From Epiperipatus broadwayi (taxonomy: Eukaryota; Animalia; Onychophora): a DNA stretch of 64,000 nucleotides. Position 1 is the stretch's first letter. Each line of letters begins with the position of its first letter. Positions 23,101-37,962 of this stretch are shown here, one piece after another. The notes below the pieces were generated by a model. That model worked only from the letters and a program-made list of their open reading frames with translations. It did no database searches and was not told the DNA's origin. Both the position numbers and the translations under genes were made by a program. The DNA is taken from assembly GCA_028023455.1 (NCBI GenBank), contig JAQFVV010000001.1:62001-126000 (forward strand). The letters are read 5' to 3'.

Positions 23101-24999
23101 ATAGAAAGCCTCAAATATGAAACCTTTTTAAAGCTATCAGATCACAGGAAAATAATCTTTTTTTTGTTCACCATAAAAACTACTCTTCTCAAAAATTAGT
23201 AACATAACATCATGAAAACTACTAGAGGAATGTGATTGTATAAGATATGAAAATGATATTTTGTGTTAGTCAGGATAATATAATTGACAGTTCACTATTG
23301 TTGCAATAAAACTAAGAATAATAGGAACATAGGAGACTTTATTACTGACCTATTACCAGACAACCATATTTTAAAAAAATATGATATTGTGCATATTTAA
23401 ATTGATGCCAAATTGCAGACAGTGTGTGTTAAGTTTCAAAATCTGTAGGATATTTTAGCTTGTATTTGCAAGCACCAGCATTTATTTAAAGAAAGATTAG
23501 TGCAATGAAACAAATAATTTTTTAAATAGATTAGTTTAATATTAAAAAGCAATAACAAAGCCACAAGTACTGGGAAAACAGTCATGGACAATAATGATAA
23601 CACTGGAGATCTCCATCATGAGTCAGACAGTTTAGTTGATAGGGATAGGGCTGAGCATGTAGAATGTTTTATGATGATCACTAAACTTGCAGATTATTGT
23701 GTAGTAATAGAGATGATGATAATACCATGAGTTGTTCATTAATTGTGATTTTATTTTGCTACTAATAATATATAGCTCATGAAAATTTTGTCTACAAAAT
23801 TCAACTTTAACTTCAAGAAACAAGCTTATATAAGATTACCTAGTTATGGTAAATTAGCATAATTGTTAAACATTTAATGACAAGAAATATTTTAATTATA
23901 TCATTGACTTTTTTGAGTAATAATTCTGTGATTATTTTCCAGTAGCATAATACACAGTCATATATTGCAGCATCTTCTGGTAATGTCTATACAGGATTCA
24001 CGTTTCATTGATTAACTTTGATCTTCAGACTCTTTGTCTATGTTTATAGAATCTTACTAGACAAATCTGAAAGCACTTTTTGAATGCTCTTGCTTGCCAT
24101 AAAATTATGGAATGAGACAGCATTTGTGTGAACACTCACATCCCAGAGCATCATTAAAGATTTTTTTCCACTCCATGTCACGTAACACATCTGACTTCAT
24201 AGCATATATATTGTACATATGTTCTCATATCCCACACATATATTATTTAATTGAAAAAAAAAGATTTCTTTTATATATATATAGATTTATGTGTACGTAT
24301 ATTATATGTGTAATATATAGTTGATAAATTAATAGATGGTGAATGAATATAATGTTGTAAGAAATGATATTTTAATATGTTATTTTTCTTATTAAATAAT
24401 TAATATATTCAGTTATTTAGTTTTATTTTTGGTTAAAATAAAGCAGATCAGAAAGAAAGTGTCAAATAAAGTGATCTAGATAAGAGATTGAGATTTGAAA
24501 ATGTACACGTGCAAAAGAGTGTGAAAGAATAAGACGTCTGTATAAACACAAAAACACTTTTACACCTATTTGTAATGGCTATAGATTTCCAGCTTTGTTG
24601 TATTGTTTTTATCTGTATCTAAGATTTTTTTTTTAAAGGAGAGAGGTGCTTTGAGGAAATAAAGGTGATTATTAATTTTCTTGTAAAATCGCGATAGAAC
24701 ATCATCTTGTCAAACTCTGATTTTTTATCTTTTATCTCAAGATAAGATATGCAGGTGGTCAGTTTCTTTGACCAAAGATTGGCAATATAAATGAATAAAA
24801 TGTTTAAAAGTCTCTCAGTCATTATTGTTAAGGAGAGATGTAACTCAGTATTATTAAACAGAGATGTAACTCTCACTCAATTTTTTCCTCGTTATTAATG
24901 TTGAAAAAAAGAAAAAAGGGAAAGTGGGTGAGTTGATTTTTTTTTTCATTCTTTAAAAAATTAAAAAAGGGAAAAGAAGGAAAATGGAACAAAATTGAA

Positions 25000-25400
25000 T
25001 TTATAAGAAGAGGTTATTGACAATTCTATGAAATGAGATTAACATATTTTCTGAGTATAATACCATGACTCTGCATTGCTAAACCATTTTTTCTGCTTCC
25101 TGGAATAATACAGAATGGGTTAAAGTCACTAATCTACTGTGGACTCATATACCAATCAAATAATAACCAACAAAATGAAAGAGTTTGAAGCCAACCACAC
25201 AAGCTATATGAAATGCTTCTTTTCTGGCTCCTGGTCTATTAAAGGCTCATTACCTTTGGATGAATGGAGAAGGGGAAGGAAGAGGAAAAGAAATGTATAA
25301 AATCCATGTATAGCCAAGTTTGAAGCCATGAATCAAATTTTTGTTAAAGTTTACCTCAGTCATCTAAAGTGTCTACAGCGATTATTTTTTTAAAAATGGG
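25000..25400 (+). mobile_element. Possible LTR-retrotransposon integrase remnant
   Basis: Weak similarity to the integrase-core motif xHPQSNGxxER (ctcatataccaatcaaataataaccaacaaaatgaaagag); heavily decayed. Confidence 0.25.
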
Positions 25401-27124
25401 AGAGACAAGCAAATCCACCAGTACATACTTATTAAAAAGTATTTATAATAGCTCTTTTTTAAAATGGTAGAAGGAAGCCAATCAACAATAAATAATTTTA
25501 GAATTAAAGAAGCAAGCAAGTCAATTGATTCATGTTTATCTTAGCAGTATCTGCAATAACTTTCTTTTTTTATGGAGCAAAGACAAGCAGTCTGAAAATT
25601 CAAACTCAGGACATTTATAAGAAGTAAAAGTGATCGGGTAACTATGAACTTTCTTTAACAGATTTTTATTCTTACTTATTAAAAGTAAACCTTAATTTAC
25701 TGGTCAAAGCAATTTTTCTTTTGATACAGAAACATTAAAGACTTGTTTATCTATAGTTATTTGCAATATCACACAACATAGCACAAACATAGTTTAAATC
25801 TTTAAACTTAAATTTTTCATTATTTTTTTTATTATTATTTTTTATTATATATTGTAATGTTGAAATGTTTTTTTTTTAAATTGTTCTTCAGTTGTTAATG
25901 ATAATGAGCACCTATAAATATATGCATTTATAATGTTTTTTTTTATTTTATCTTGTTGCATATTAAAATTAATATCATGTATTTTAGTTTCTTTTGCTAA
26001 AAGGTTGCAAAAATATTTTTATATATGTAATTTGTGGGTATACATTTTAAACATATATGTTAACATTACCGAATGTGTGCATGTGTAACTGCCTATACAA
26101 ACATGTCAAGGAATAGGTTATATATAAATAGTTTAAATATGAGAAATTATAAAGCAAGGCTTACATATGAATAGAAGTGAAATAAAACACACAGGATACA
26201 TATGAAATTTATTCTATGATATAATAAGTTAGGAAAGACTTAAGTAAGCATTCCATAAAATGTATTTTTTTAAGCCAGCTTATTTTAAAATATCCAGAAA
26301 TGACAAACCTATATATTAAGTTTGTTTGCTTGTGCTTATATAAATTTTATATTAATTTTTTATTGAATTAATGTAATAATAAGCCATTTATTTAATTATT
26401 GATTTGATTTTAAAAGAAAGAAAGAAAGAGTAATAGTATTAATAAAATCTAATTATATATATCTTAAATGGTTTTCCGAATTCTTATTAAAAAAATATTG
26501 TTGTGTTTTTCTTGTCTTGATTCTATCATTTTAATTCATCATCATTGCTCACGGTTATTAAGTATTATCATTCGTAAATATTGAGCAATCACTTGCAAAT
26601 ATTAAGCGCTCGCAAAATGTTAAGTAAACTAGAATGTTGATTTATCTTTAGATATTTAAGGATTAGGCTTGATAATAACCAAATTTTAATAATTATAGTT
26701 CAATAGTAGAAAAGCTAAAGTTGGGTTGTGTCCATGAGTTTTGATCATCCTCATCAAAGATGGATATCGTATTATTGATTAAAATGTTTCAAATAATACT
26801 ATACAAGAGTTATGATTGCCATCATCATCATTAATAAATTATAATCATTAAATCTAATGTTTAGCATAATTAATATATGTAGTAAATAAAGATTTATAGA
26901 AAGATGAATATCATGCATAGAGATTCATGATGATCATTCATCATCACTAGTATTATTAAATCCTAATCTTAACTATAAAAGTATTTTAGTAAATAACTAT
27001 AAACTTATATGAATGCTAGTGAATGTAATATTTAAATCCCCGTCTGAAATAGGATAATTTTTAATAGATGCCTATAGGTTTATAAAGATAAATTTATTGT
27101 TGTGAGTTTATTAATAAGCTATGG

Positions 27125-27235
27125 CTAGTATCATCATTATTATTATTATCATCATATCACTATTATTATCATTATTATTATGATATCACTATTATTATCA
27201 TTCATCATTATTATCATCATCATTATCACCTTTAT
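27125..27235. repeat. (ATT/ATC)n low-complexity tract
   Basis: Read directly from the sequence. Confidence 0.85.
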
Positions 27236-28999
27236 ATTGTGATAAATAATCTAGCTAAATGGCCACCAATATCAATAATGGTCTTCACATGCTTGTTTAG
27301 AAGCCATTAATAAGATTATACTTGTCTGTTCATCAATATACATAAAATGAGCTAGCAATGTCTATAAGAATCTTTGATCTATAATATAAATTTTGGTAAT
27401 ATTGGGATCTTGTAAATTTATCGATATAGATAAAATGTAAGAATGTCATTTTTTTTTCATTAGTTATCCAAGTCATGTGTGATAAAAATGTACCGAATAA
27501 GTTTGAACTCAGTACACTCTAAACAGATATTTATCTAGATTTAAAACAATCTAGTGGCGCTTGTGGGAAAACACATATACTTAGCTAAACTGAATAAAGA
27601 GTGATATAATCCCTTTCCAACTTCATAATATTAACTTTATATAATATATATTTTATAAGTTGTCATGAATAGCACCAATGGGTGCATGTGACCAAATGGT
27701 TTTATATGGTTGGAAAGAAGAATAGGAAGGATTCTTTGTTAAAAGAACCTAGTATGGGAGATAAGCATAATGCACTCCAAGAATCTCAAAGTGGGTAATT
27801 TTATTCAGTTGCTATATTTAATATTCTTTTATTTGATGACAATGGCCAGTATGTTTTATTGTTCAAATGACATCCCCAATATTTAGATATTATTAAATCT
27901 TTAATGATGATAGTTTTAATTGTCATTGTTATTATTTTATATGGAGAAATGAGATAATTTATTTATTTCATTACTAATGTGACAGAATTAATGTTTGGGA
28001 TAGTTGCAATCGGGCTATAATGTTATATTTGGTTATTGAATTGTGGCAACTATCATTTCATCACTCATCTATTTATCTATACTGTGACAATGTTTACTTG
28101 CTGTTACAAATAACAGATTAGATAAACATACATGTTAATAATGGATCATTTTCTATCAATTTATTATTTAATTCTGTTACAAATGTCCTTCTTTCCGTTA
28201 CAAATGATTTCATTACTGTTACAATATATATATATAGTCAAAATAAGCATTGATTGTTAAATGTGATTTTGTATTTGTCTAATATATTAATACTATACTG
28301 TGTGGCTGGTGAGTTTTGTATTATGTTGAGCATTGTTCATCACTTCACAAATATGCTGATCTACATTACAGAAAATAATAAACTTCAATACATATGCTGA
28401 TGGCAATAACATAATTTTAATTTTCCATTGAAGAAAAGAAAAAGATGTGTGTTTTTGTGTATTTATTCTTTATTTTATAAAATTTGTGAGATGCAAAAAT
28501 ATTTTTGGCTAAATAGAGCTTTTAATGCTCTTTTATTATAATATTGCTGAAAATTAGGATTCTAATTTTATCTACATGATGTAGCACATCTTAGGAATTA
28601 AAAATTAAATCTCAGCATTTGGTTGCTACTACACATGGACAATGTGTGTGTATATATCTCTGGATTATTTTTAATTTAGGAGAAAAGAACTGTGTGACCA
28701 CATAGGTCATTAAATGCATAAAAATTTTAACCAATGATTAGATAGACTGAGAAAATTTTTAGATGCTTCATTATGAACTAAAAATTCACACTACTGAAAT
28801 ATTGTTATATATATATATCAATGACTTCAGGCTATAGTACTTAATGTATCTGCCTACCATGGTCATAATTTGAATTTTGAATTTTTCAGGTTCATTGAAG
28901 TTTAGAATTTTTGTTTCAGATTTCTATCTCAATAGTCAATCAGTTGGCCATCTAATATTGGATGTTAACTGAAAATTTAACTAATTTTAGGTATAAGAT

Positions 29000-29460
29000 A
29001 AAACCAAGAGTGAAAAACCTCACAAATTGTCACTATCTAGCATTTAGTAAAGCTTGTCTAATGCCTTTTTCTTTAGTATTCTTCTATATGGGACTATTGG
29101 AAAAACCTTTGCAATGCAGTAGACCAACCATTTTACTTCAACCTATATGGTTCATTCATCTAATCAACAATAGTATTGTACCAATATTTCATACCTGCTA
29201 TACATTTCTTATCTAATTGGTGGCAGTTGTTATCCAGTTGGAACATTGGTATAATATAACTATTATACATGGATGAACCTAATTATACAACTTTTATATC
29301 TATTGACTGCGAAAATCTTTAAAATAGTCTTTGAATGGTCCATTGCAAGTTGCAAAAGCCTTTCCAAAATCCCTTGTAAATGAATAGTAAAAAAGAAGGC
29401 ATGACTCATTAGTCTTGCTAACTTTTAGATGCTAAGAATTTGAGAGATTTTTATTTATCT
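29000..29460. repeat. Old foldback element (diverged inverted arms of about 200 bp, centre about 29215)
   Basis: For example atgccttttctttagtattc...ttggaaaaacctttgcaatgcagtagacca versus tggtccattgcaagttgcaaaagcctttccaa...gaatagtaaaaaagaaggcat. Confidence 0.65.
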
Positions 29461-29743
29461 TTTAGAGAAGATTAGTGAAATATTACTTTACTATCCACTA
29501 TTAAATGGCTACCTGAAAAAGAAATACTAAGTCAAAATGGAACATAATAATTTTCTAGTTTTATCACTTCTGGATTTGAATCATAGATTATGAGAATGCC
29601 ATAAGGTCTTTATATGTGTGTGTGCATTTTAACTACACATAAAGTATTTTTAAATAAATTATTATCTTTTGATATTAACTAAATTGTTTATATTTCTAAA
29701 TATTTTTATAATATAATGAAGGTTGCTTTTTAAAAAAATCTAG

Positions 29744-29856
29744 ATCATCTTTCGAAATTGGAGCAGTTGCAAATTTAAAAAGAGTAAAACATGCCATTGC
29801 AGTAGCTCGGAGTGTAATGAAATACAGCAAACACACATTACTAGTAGGAGAAGATG
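29744..29856 (+). CDS. AGA: AGA exon equivalent to human exon 3
   Basis: tctag acceptor and gtatat donor. 113 nt, in frame with the flanking exons, encoding (G)SSFEIGAVANLKRVKHAIAVARSVMKYSKHTLLVGED(A); compare human [34 protein letters not shown]. Confidence 0.95.
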
Positions 29857-30719
29857 GTATATGATTTTTATAATTTTTACGTACTTGTAGAATGTTAATA
29901 GTTTTATTAAAAAATTTTAATATTATAAAATTGTATTAATTATTGTGCGTTAAATTTTATATATTTATTACAGATACTCCCTGAAAAATTGCATTTTAGT
30001 CTGGGGCTTATTAATACAAAGAGATATATTGCATTATTAAAAACATCAACTAATATGAAGCACTTAATGAAAAACATTCAGATTGTATAATAAGAAAGTA
30101 ACTTATATGAAAGAAATATTTTTGAGATTTTCTAAAATCAATATAATTTAATGATTAAATTCACATTTTACCATTCAAGATAGATAAGATTTTAATTTCA
30201 TGAAATACTGTCATCAAGTTTTTTTTTTTCTTGCTTCTCTGAAATTGTCCCTGTTAGAGATTAAGTGATAACCTATCACATCTTAATAATGGGACTCTCA
30301 AGTTTCATATGATGAAGACATGTAAATAGCCATAGCAGGCTGAAAGGGGAAAGGAGAACCAAATTTCTTCAAATAATAAAAAATAAAGAGCTCTTCATTT
30401 TAACTACTGAAGTGGCAAATTATATAAAATATTACATAATCAAATTTATTTTGCGAACTCTATATATAACATTTGTAAATACAAGCTTATTAAATTAGGT
30501 CATGTGACATCTGACTTGATTTGTTTTGTAATAATTAATTTATCTTTCTTTTTGCATTGATAAAATTTAAACAAATCCACCTTTCTTATTACTGTTACAA
30601 TGCTTATGTTATTAAATTTAATTAAACATTGTAACAGTAATAATAAACATGGATTTGTTTAACTTTTTAAAAATATACTAATTCTAAAATACTAATAATG
30701 CCTTATAATTACACCTAAC

Positions 30720-31445
30720 CTTGTATTCAAATATTATATGAATAATATTTAAATTCATTGAAAGCAGTCAACACATAGACAATATCAATAATAACCAACA
30801 ATCTCAATTTGTTGTTAACATACTCTTCTTTTAACAATAAAGGTGGAAATCCATCTTTATTTATGGTATAATAGGTTTATGTAGACACTAAAGATTGCAA
30901 CTTGACTGCAGAGAGTGAAATTACTGATATAAAGAAGTTTAAATAAACCTCATTAAACAGGTGAATGTACTCTGTTCTGAATGCAGACTAACAAATAGTC
31001 AATTATAATATTCAAATGCAATTATAACTTTCAAACTGCACTTCTATAATGTATTACTTAAATAATAAAGCTAATAATGCTCAATGCTAAATAGGTTTAT
31101 AATGTAAATGCATTGAAAGCAGTCAAAGCTTAGACAATATCAATAACAATCAACAATCTCAATCTTTTGTCAAGGTAACCTTTTTACAGTAAAAGTGGAA
31201 ATCCACTTTATTTATGGTCTTATTTGTATCATTAATTTCACTCTCTATGGCCAAGTTGCAATTTTTAATGTCTATATAAATCTATTACCCCATAAATAAA
31301 GATGAATTTCCACTTTTATTGTTAAAAGGTTACCTTGACAACTGATTGAGATTGTTATTGATACTGTCTAAGGGTTGACTGCATTCAATAAATTTACATT
31401 TTTAAACATATCTAGTCTTGAGCCTTATTAGCTTTATAATTTAAG
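30720..31445. repeat. Tandem repeat of about 355 nt plus an inverted copy (family E; no clear HHR)
   Basis: cattgaaagcagtcaa occurs at 30756 and 31111; 31225-31445 is the reverse complement of the same unit. Confidence 0.8.
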
Positions 31446-32229
31446 TGATATACTATTTATATATGTCAGGTGCTGTGCTAAGGCTACTGACAGTCTCCAC
31501 AAGTGATGGATAGTGGAATGGCCTTTAAATACAAAGACCAGCTGTGGATATCAAATAAACAGTTCCCACCAAGAGCTCCTGCTGCCTTGTAGGGTATGAT
31601 GAAAGTTAATAAAAGGCTAGATAATCATTTCTGTTTCACTTTTTTCTTCTTCAGTCACAAATTATTATAAGGTCCAATCATTGTGCCATTGGACATCTCC
31701 TTATAATAACTGTGTCATTGGGATTATGTGTTTATGTAACAACCATTTCCATTCTTTAACTTTACACATAGCAAATTCTGACTCCTATATTCATTTTTTT
31801 TTTAGCTCAAATCCTCAAGAATTAATAAAGCAATGATGAGGACAGGATTAGTAGGTGGTAGTTTTTTGTTGTGATATTTGCTTGAGGCAGTACAATCACT
31901 ACTAAATCAGTTTGGAACCTGATTTATGTCAGGGCAGGAGTTTTAGCTTGCAAAGATTGTATGTTTAGGCAGCTTTATTTAGGTATTCCCCTGGCTATTA
32001 CAGAAGTGGAAGGGCTAGAAAATGTGCTCCAAAATGAACTGTCTCACACAGTCTAATTAGTTGTCATACCTAGCAGATTACTCATTTCAGCAGCAGAAAT
32101 AATGTCAGCAGTGGTGATGTCGTAAGCGATAGTGGTAGTAATAAAGGTAAGTATCACAAATCTTAATTTTTTTTCTAAATATAGGTACAAAGAATACACA
32201 AATTTTACTTTATACAAACTCTTAAAGAC

Positions 32230-35060
32230 CAGAATGGAGGACTGCACTTGTGGCTACAAAACAGTCAAGATTTAAGATTGATATAGCTACTTTTAGTGAA
32301 ACTCATCTCCCAGATTAGAGAAGATTCTTAGAAGAGATGGATGGATACAAATTTTTTTGGTAAGGCGGGTCAATCAATAAAAGAAGAATCATGGTGTTGG
32401 AATTGCTGTAAAATCTAATTTAGTATCTTCTATTATTGAAATTCCTTGTCATATCAGTGAAAGGTTAATGATCTTAAAACTTGCCTTGTATAATGGTATT
32501 AGAGTTCATTTTATCAGCGTCTATACTCCAATCTAGAATTCAGAAAAGAAAAACTTTTATTCCTTATTGGATAGCATTATTAAAGCAATACCTTTAAAAG
32601 ACCAAATTTTTCTTCTTGGAAACATTAATGCACACATTACAAATAGTAGACTTTGGCCAAAAGTTATTGGAAATAATGTTATTGGAGCTGTAAATTCAAA
32701 TGGTTTGTTATTATTAAATGTATGCACAACACATGAATTGACTATTACAAACACTACGTTTAGGCAGAAAAACCACTACAAAGGAACATGAATGAATCCC
32801 CACCCAAAACAATGGCATTTGATAATTATATTATAGTTGGGAGTCAGGGTGCAAGAGAAGTTCACATTAAATGAGCTCTCACAAGCTCAGATTGTTGACT
32901 GATCATAGATTAGTACTCTCTAAAATTAAAATGATAGTTGCATTAAAAAAATAGGTATTATTTCAATCATATTCACAGAAAAATTGATCTTCATTTTTTA
33001 TATGGACTAAATTTCAACAGCCACTAAACATAAAATTATTAATTTGGATTTTCAGGACTGTCAGGGAATTCTCTTGAGGAGTGTGTTACGTATATAAGTA
33101 AATCTATTCTTGTGTTCACTCTAAAAAAGAACCATGATTGGTTTTCTGACAATGATCGTATTATTAGGTATTTATTTAAAAAGAAACATATGAAATTCTC
33201 TGCTTGGCACAATAATAGATTAAATGTGGAACTTCATAATAAATACAAAAATCTGAAAGCAGAAGTTCAACAACTGACAAGAAATTTTAAAATGATTGAT
33301 GGATTAAAACTGCAAAGAAGATACTGACATTCACTGATTGTGGTCATTCTAAATATTTTTTTGATACATTGAAAACAACATATGGATCTGAGAAACAATA
33401 TTCTATTAAATCTAGTGAGGTTCTCTTATGGCCCTCTTTTATATGATGATAATGATATTTTCACAGGCAGAAAGAATATTTTTATCATCATTTGAATAAT
33501 AAATACAAGAATTGATATGATGACTTTTAACAATATATCCATTTTATTTACTCATTCAGATTTGGATAAAGATCTCCAGCTTAATGAAGTCAAAACAGCT
33601 CTTGGTAATATTATGAATGGAAATGCTGAATGTCCTAATATATTAGCTTTAAAAACAAAAGGAATAGACAAGATTGTGATAATTATCATGAAATGTCATT
33701 ATTATCCACTACAGCAAAACTACTTTCAAAAAATTTGTTGAATTGATTGCTTCCAGTTATAGATGAATGATTACCAGAGACTCATTGTGGTTTCAGGGGA
33801 TGAAGAAGCACTAGATATGATTTTTATTGCTAGGCAAATGCAAGAAAAGTATCAGGAACAAAGGTATGATTTATATATTGCTTTTATTGATTTGGTTAAG
33901 ATATTTGATTCATTTAATAGGCCTATAGCATTGTTTGACATTAATTGGTTGTTCACCAAAATTTATTCATATTATATAGCTTCTACATGATGAAATGAGA
34001 GGAAGTGTTATTACTATAAATGGAAAAATGTGAGGCATTTGAAATGAAAGCTGGTGTCAAACAAAAATGTATATTTGCTCCAAGTTTGTTTTCAATTTTT
34101 ATGACAGTGGTCAGTGGTATTGTTTATAAGTAGCTTAATCAATAAGGATCAAGAGGTTTGATGATGGAATTTTTTAATTTGAATCAGTTAAAAACAAAAA
34201 CTTCATCTTCTTGGATTCCAGATTTACATTATGTTGATGATTGTGCCATTTTTGCCAGTTCAAAAAACGATTTACAGAATGTTCTTAATAGTTTTAAATA
34301 CAACTTATAAAGATCTCGGTTTATTAATTAATATTCAAATAATTCTAAGTTCTTTATTAGTCAGTGATGGAATAAAAGTCCTCAGCAACTTTTAGTTGGA
34401 TAGTTATCAACTTGAGAATGTAAACCAATTTAAATACCTTGGTGGTTTTATAAGTAGAAGAATGACTTAGATGTTGAGATCTGATTCTAATGTGCTGCTG
34501 CTGCTTTTAACAAGTTAAAAGAATATTTCATCATAATAACTACTGCAATTAAGTTATCTGTATATAAAGCTGTTATTTTATTAATTTATTGTATTGATGC
34601 GAAACTTGGATACTCTGTCAGTGCAATATAAAGACTTTAGAAAAGTTTCATTTAAATGGACTCCCTAAAATTTTAAAAATACAATGGCAAGATTATAAAA
34701 CCAATCAATATGTTCTTCAGCTTGCTGAATATGATATTATTGAATCCACTATTGTAAAATCACATCTTCATTGGATTGAACATAAAATAAATGGACCCTG
34801 GAAGACTTCAAAAGGATGTTTTATAGTGAACTTGATCATGGGTTTCATAGAAGAGGTAAATCTGTTCTTACATTATAAGGATTATTTCAAAGACATTCTA
34901 AAGAAGTGCAATATCAATTATTTCCATAGGGAAGATATGGCAGACAATAGAATACAGTGGAGAGCTACAATTAGATATGAGGTTGATGTATTTCAAAAAG
35001 AAAAGTTTTCTGCTGAAGAAACTCAAAAACAATATAGATTTAACAAGGAAACAGAAAATT
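32230..35060 (+). mobile_element. Near full-length decayed RTE (BovB-like) LINE
   Basis: APE remnants (RRTALVA...RFKIDIA...SETHL; NSNGLLLLNVCTTHELTITNT), RT remnants (MIFIARQMQEKYQEQ...AFIDLVKIFDS; GVKQxC; YVDDCA) and a C-terminal HWIEH-like motif; many stops. Confidence 0.9.
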
Positions 35061-35074
35061 GAATCAGCATGTTC

Positions 35075-37640
35075 TATCATTATCATCGTCAACCATTATC
35101 AGTCCAATGCAGGATGAAGGCCTCTCCAAGTTCAATTCATCTTTTCCTATCTCTAGTCTCTCTTCTCCACATCATCCCTGCACACTTCCTTATTTCATCT
35201 ATCTATCTTACATGTGGTCTCTTTCTGTGGCTTTTATAATCTAAATCCAGTTTAAGATTTCAACTATCTATTATCATCTCTTGTAGCAATATGTCCAGCC
35301 CAACTCTACTCCAGTCTCTTAATTCTTTCAATGATGTCAGTAACACTTGTTTGTTCTCTTACTCATGGATTGAATTTTTGATCCCTTCTTGTTATTCCTA
35401 ACATGCATCTCTCCATACTTTTTGAATGGTTGAAGACTGTATTGCTCTTCTGTTAAGTATCCAAGTCTCGGATCCATAATTAAGAACTGGTAAAACACAT
35501 TTATTAAAAACCTTCTTTTTCAAACACATAGGCATATTTTCCCTTTTAATATTAAGTTATTTCTATTAAAAACACTCCAACCAAGTTTAATTCTATGATT
35601 AATTTCATCCATTACATTTTCATTTGTAGTAATAATCTGATCAAGGTATTTATAGTTGTTAACTTCTTCTAACTCATCATTATCAATCTTTATTTGCATT
35701 TTTTGAGCAACTCCATTGAACATTACTTTAGTCTTTTTAACATTTACCTTAGTTCTATTTTCTTAGATAATTTGCAACATTTCCTGAAGCTCTGAAGCAT
35801 TATTTTCAAAAACAATTACATCATCTGGAAAATCTAAATTATTTAAATAATCTCCATATGTTCAGCTTCCCCTTTTAATCCACAAAATACTTTTTGCAAC
35901 ATTGCTGTAAAAAGTTTTGGAAATATGGAGTATCTCTGTCTTATATCCTTCTCAATGTCAACCTTCCTAATATCATTATGTAATTAATTGTTGCTGTTGC
36001 ATTTTTATAAATATTCTTCAGAATATGACAGTATCTTGGGTCTATATCTTGATAATCCAATGCTTTAATCTCTAAAGAAACGTTTATAGAATCAAATGCC
36101 TTTTTTTCATAATCTACAAGTCCAAAGCATATTAGCAACTCATATTCATTGATTCTTTCTAGAACTTCTTTCAATACTTGGATATGATCCACTGTACTGA
36201 AAACACTTTTAAATCTAGCTTGTTTTTTCAGTTGGTTGAAATCCAAAGTTCTCTGTAGATGAGTTGTAATTTTCTTGGGAAAATTTTTGTATAAAACTGA
36301 TAAAAGACTGATAGGTCTGTAATATCTAATATCTTTTTTATCACCTTTTTAAAATATTAATATTAATACTGCATTCTTCCAATCATCTGGATCATCTTTA
36401 TCAATTATATATTTGATATATAACTTTGCCAAAATGTTTTCTATTTATTCATCTGCTTCTTTTAATTCCATCTTTACCTGGAGATTTACCCTTCTTCATA
36501 AATTTAATTGCATATCTCACTTCATTTAAAATCCTGGGCAATTTTTAGAAGATATAAAACTTTTAGGAGGCACTTGCTCTTTATTACTATATAATTCTTG
36601 ATAGAACTCTTCCACACATTTCATAATGTCATCTCTTTTTTAGTAATAGTTCCATCTTTTTTCTTATTGCAGATGTAAGTTTCTTATCAATACCAAAATG
36701 TTGTTTTATATTCTTGAGACTTTTGCTCTCTTCTTAGCTCTCCTTGCTAGTTCACAATTATACTTTCTTATATCATTATCAACTCTTTTTTGCACCATTT
36801 TACAAAATTTGAGTTATTCAATCTTTCTTAATGCATCATTTTTATATATTTTTATATTCCTTTTTTCCTTTTTAAATTCTCTAATCTCAGTAGGAATTTT
36901 ATTGGTGAATTGTTGCTTTTTTCTACCAGCTATCTTTATTGCAGTTTTTAAAAGTGTATCAGTTATTTTCCTATTAATTTCATTTGCATCTGAATCATGT
37001 TCAAAATCTGCTAATATTTGAAAAAGATTTGCAAGTTTTTATTTAAATTCATTAGAATGTTTCTGAAGAGTAGGAATAATAACTGTGAATATTATTTTTC
37101 TTAATAATTTTTGTCTTTCTAGTTTTGCATTAACACGTATCTTACATCTTACTGACATTGACTTTGTGTGTTGAATTTATTAACAACATTACAATCTTGA
37201 AATATGTATTTTCTGTTAGTCAAAAATATAATCCAATTCTGCTGTACTTTCATTTGGATATTTCCATGTCCGTTTTCTTTTAACATTTTTTTCAAAAAAA
37301 GAATTAATAATTTATAAAGTTTTTCTTTTTCTGTAAACCCCACAAATCTAGGTCCTCTCTCATTTCTATTACCATAACCAAATTTACCCATAGCACTTTC
37401 ATATTTCATTTGTTTATCAATTCTAGCATTAAAGTCTCCCATAACAATTTTAAAATGTTGTTTACTCTGATCAAAAGCCTTTTGTACATCCATATAAAAA
37501 TCTTCTCTAACTTCATCACTATGAGAACTTGTTGGATCATAAATTTGAATTATCTGCATTTGGTATCTGCTACTAAGTTGAATAACTAATCTTTCCACTG
37601 TTCTATATGTGGATGTATTTATGGATCACTGATTGATTTT
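35075..37640 (-). mobile_element. Decayed RTE-clade LINE of a second family, tail-to-tail with the BovB-like copy
   Basis: ORF 37149-37598 is an APE domain (IIQIYDPTSSHSDE...VMGDFNARI...NERG). ORF 35941-36246 is RT (STVDHIQVL...FGLVDYEKKAFDSI). ORF 35520-35723 (EEVNNYKYL...EINHRIKLGWSVF). (GAT)n-type tail. Confidence 0.92.
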
Positions 37641-37799
37641 TACAGTCACCGCAAAACTCATTTTTAAGAATAGTTTTTTTCCTTTCTCTCTCTCTCTTTT
37701 GGAGTCAGAATAGATATACTCTTTTTTGAATGGATTTTTATTATTATTTTATTTTATAATTTATTTATATATGCATAACTAATATGCACAATTGAAATC

Positions 37800-37962
37800 T
37801 TAAACAGAAAGAGACCACATGTGAGATGGATGGATGAAATAAGAAGGTGTGCAGGGGTGATGCGGAAAAGAGAAGCTAAAGATCGGAGAAGATGGTCTGA
37901 ACTTGGAGAGACCTTCATCCTGCAGTGGATTGATAATGTTTGACAATGATGATGGTGATGAA
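37800..37962 (+). mobile_element. 5'-truncated 3' end of the same RTE family, with a (GAT)n tail
   Basis: Reverse complement of 35085-35230 (agagaccacatgtRagat...ggagag(g/a)ccttcatcctgca). Confidence 0.85.

Noticed and set aside
20907-28900. Short ORFs from the provided track in AT-rich intron 2
   Set aside because: Biased I/L/F/Y/K composition typical of random AT-rich frames, with no recognisable domains or splice support.
31470-32230. Possible HDV-like ribozyme in the 5' region of the BovB-like RTE
   Set aside because: I could not assemble P1/P2/P3/P1.1 by eye; an Infernal or RNArobo scan would be needed.
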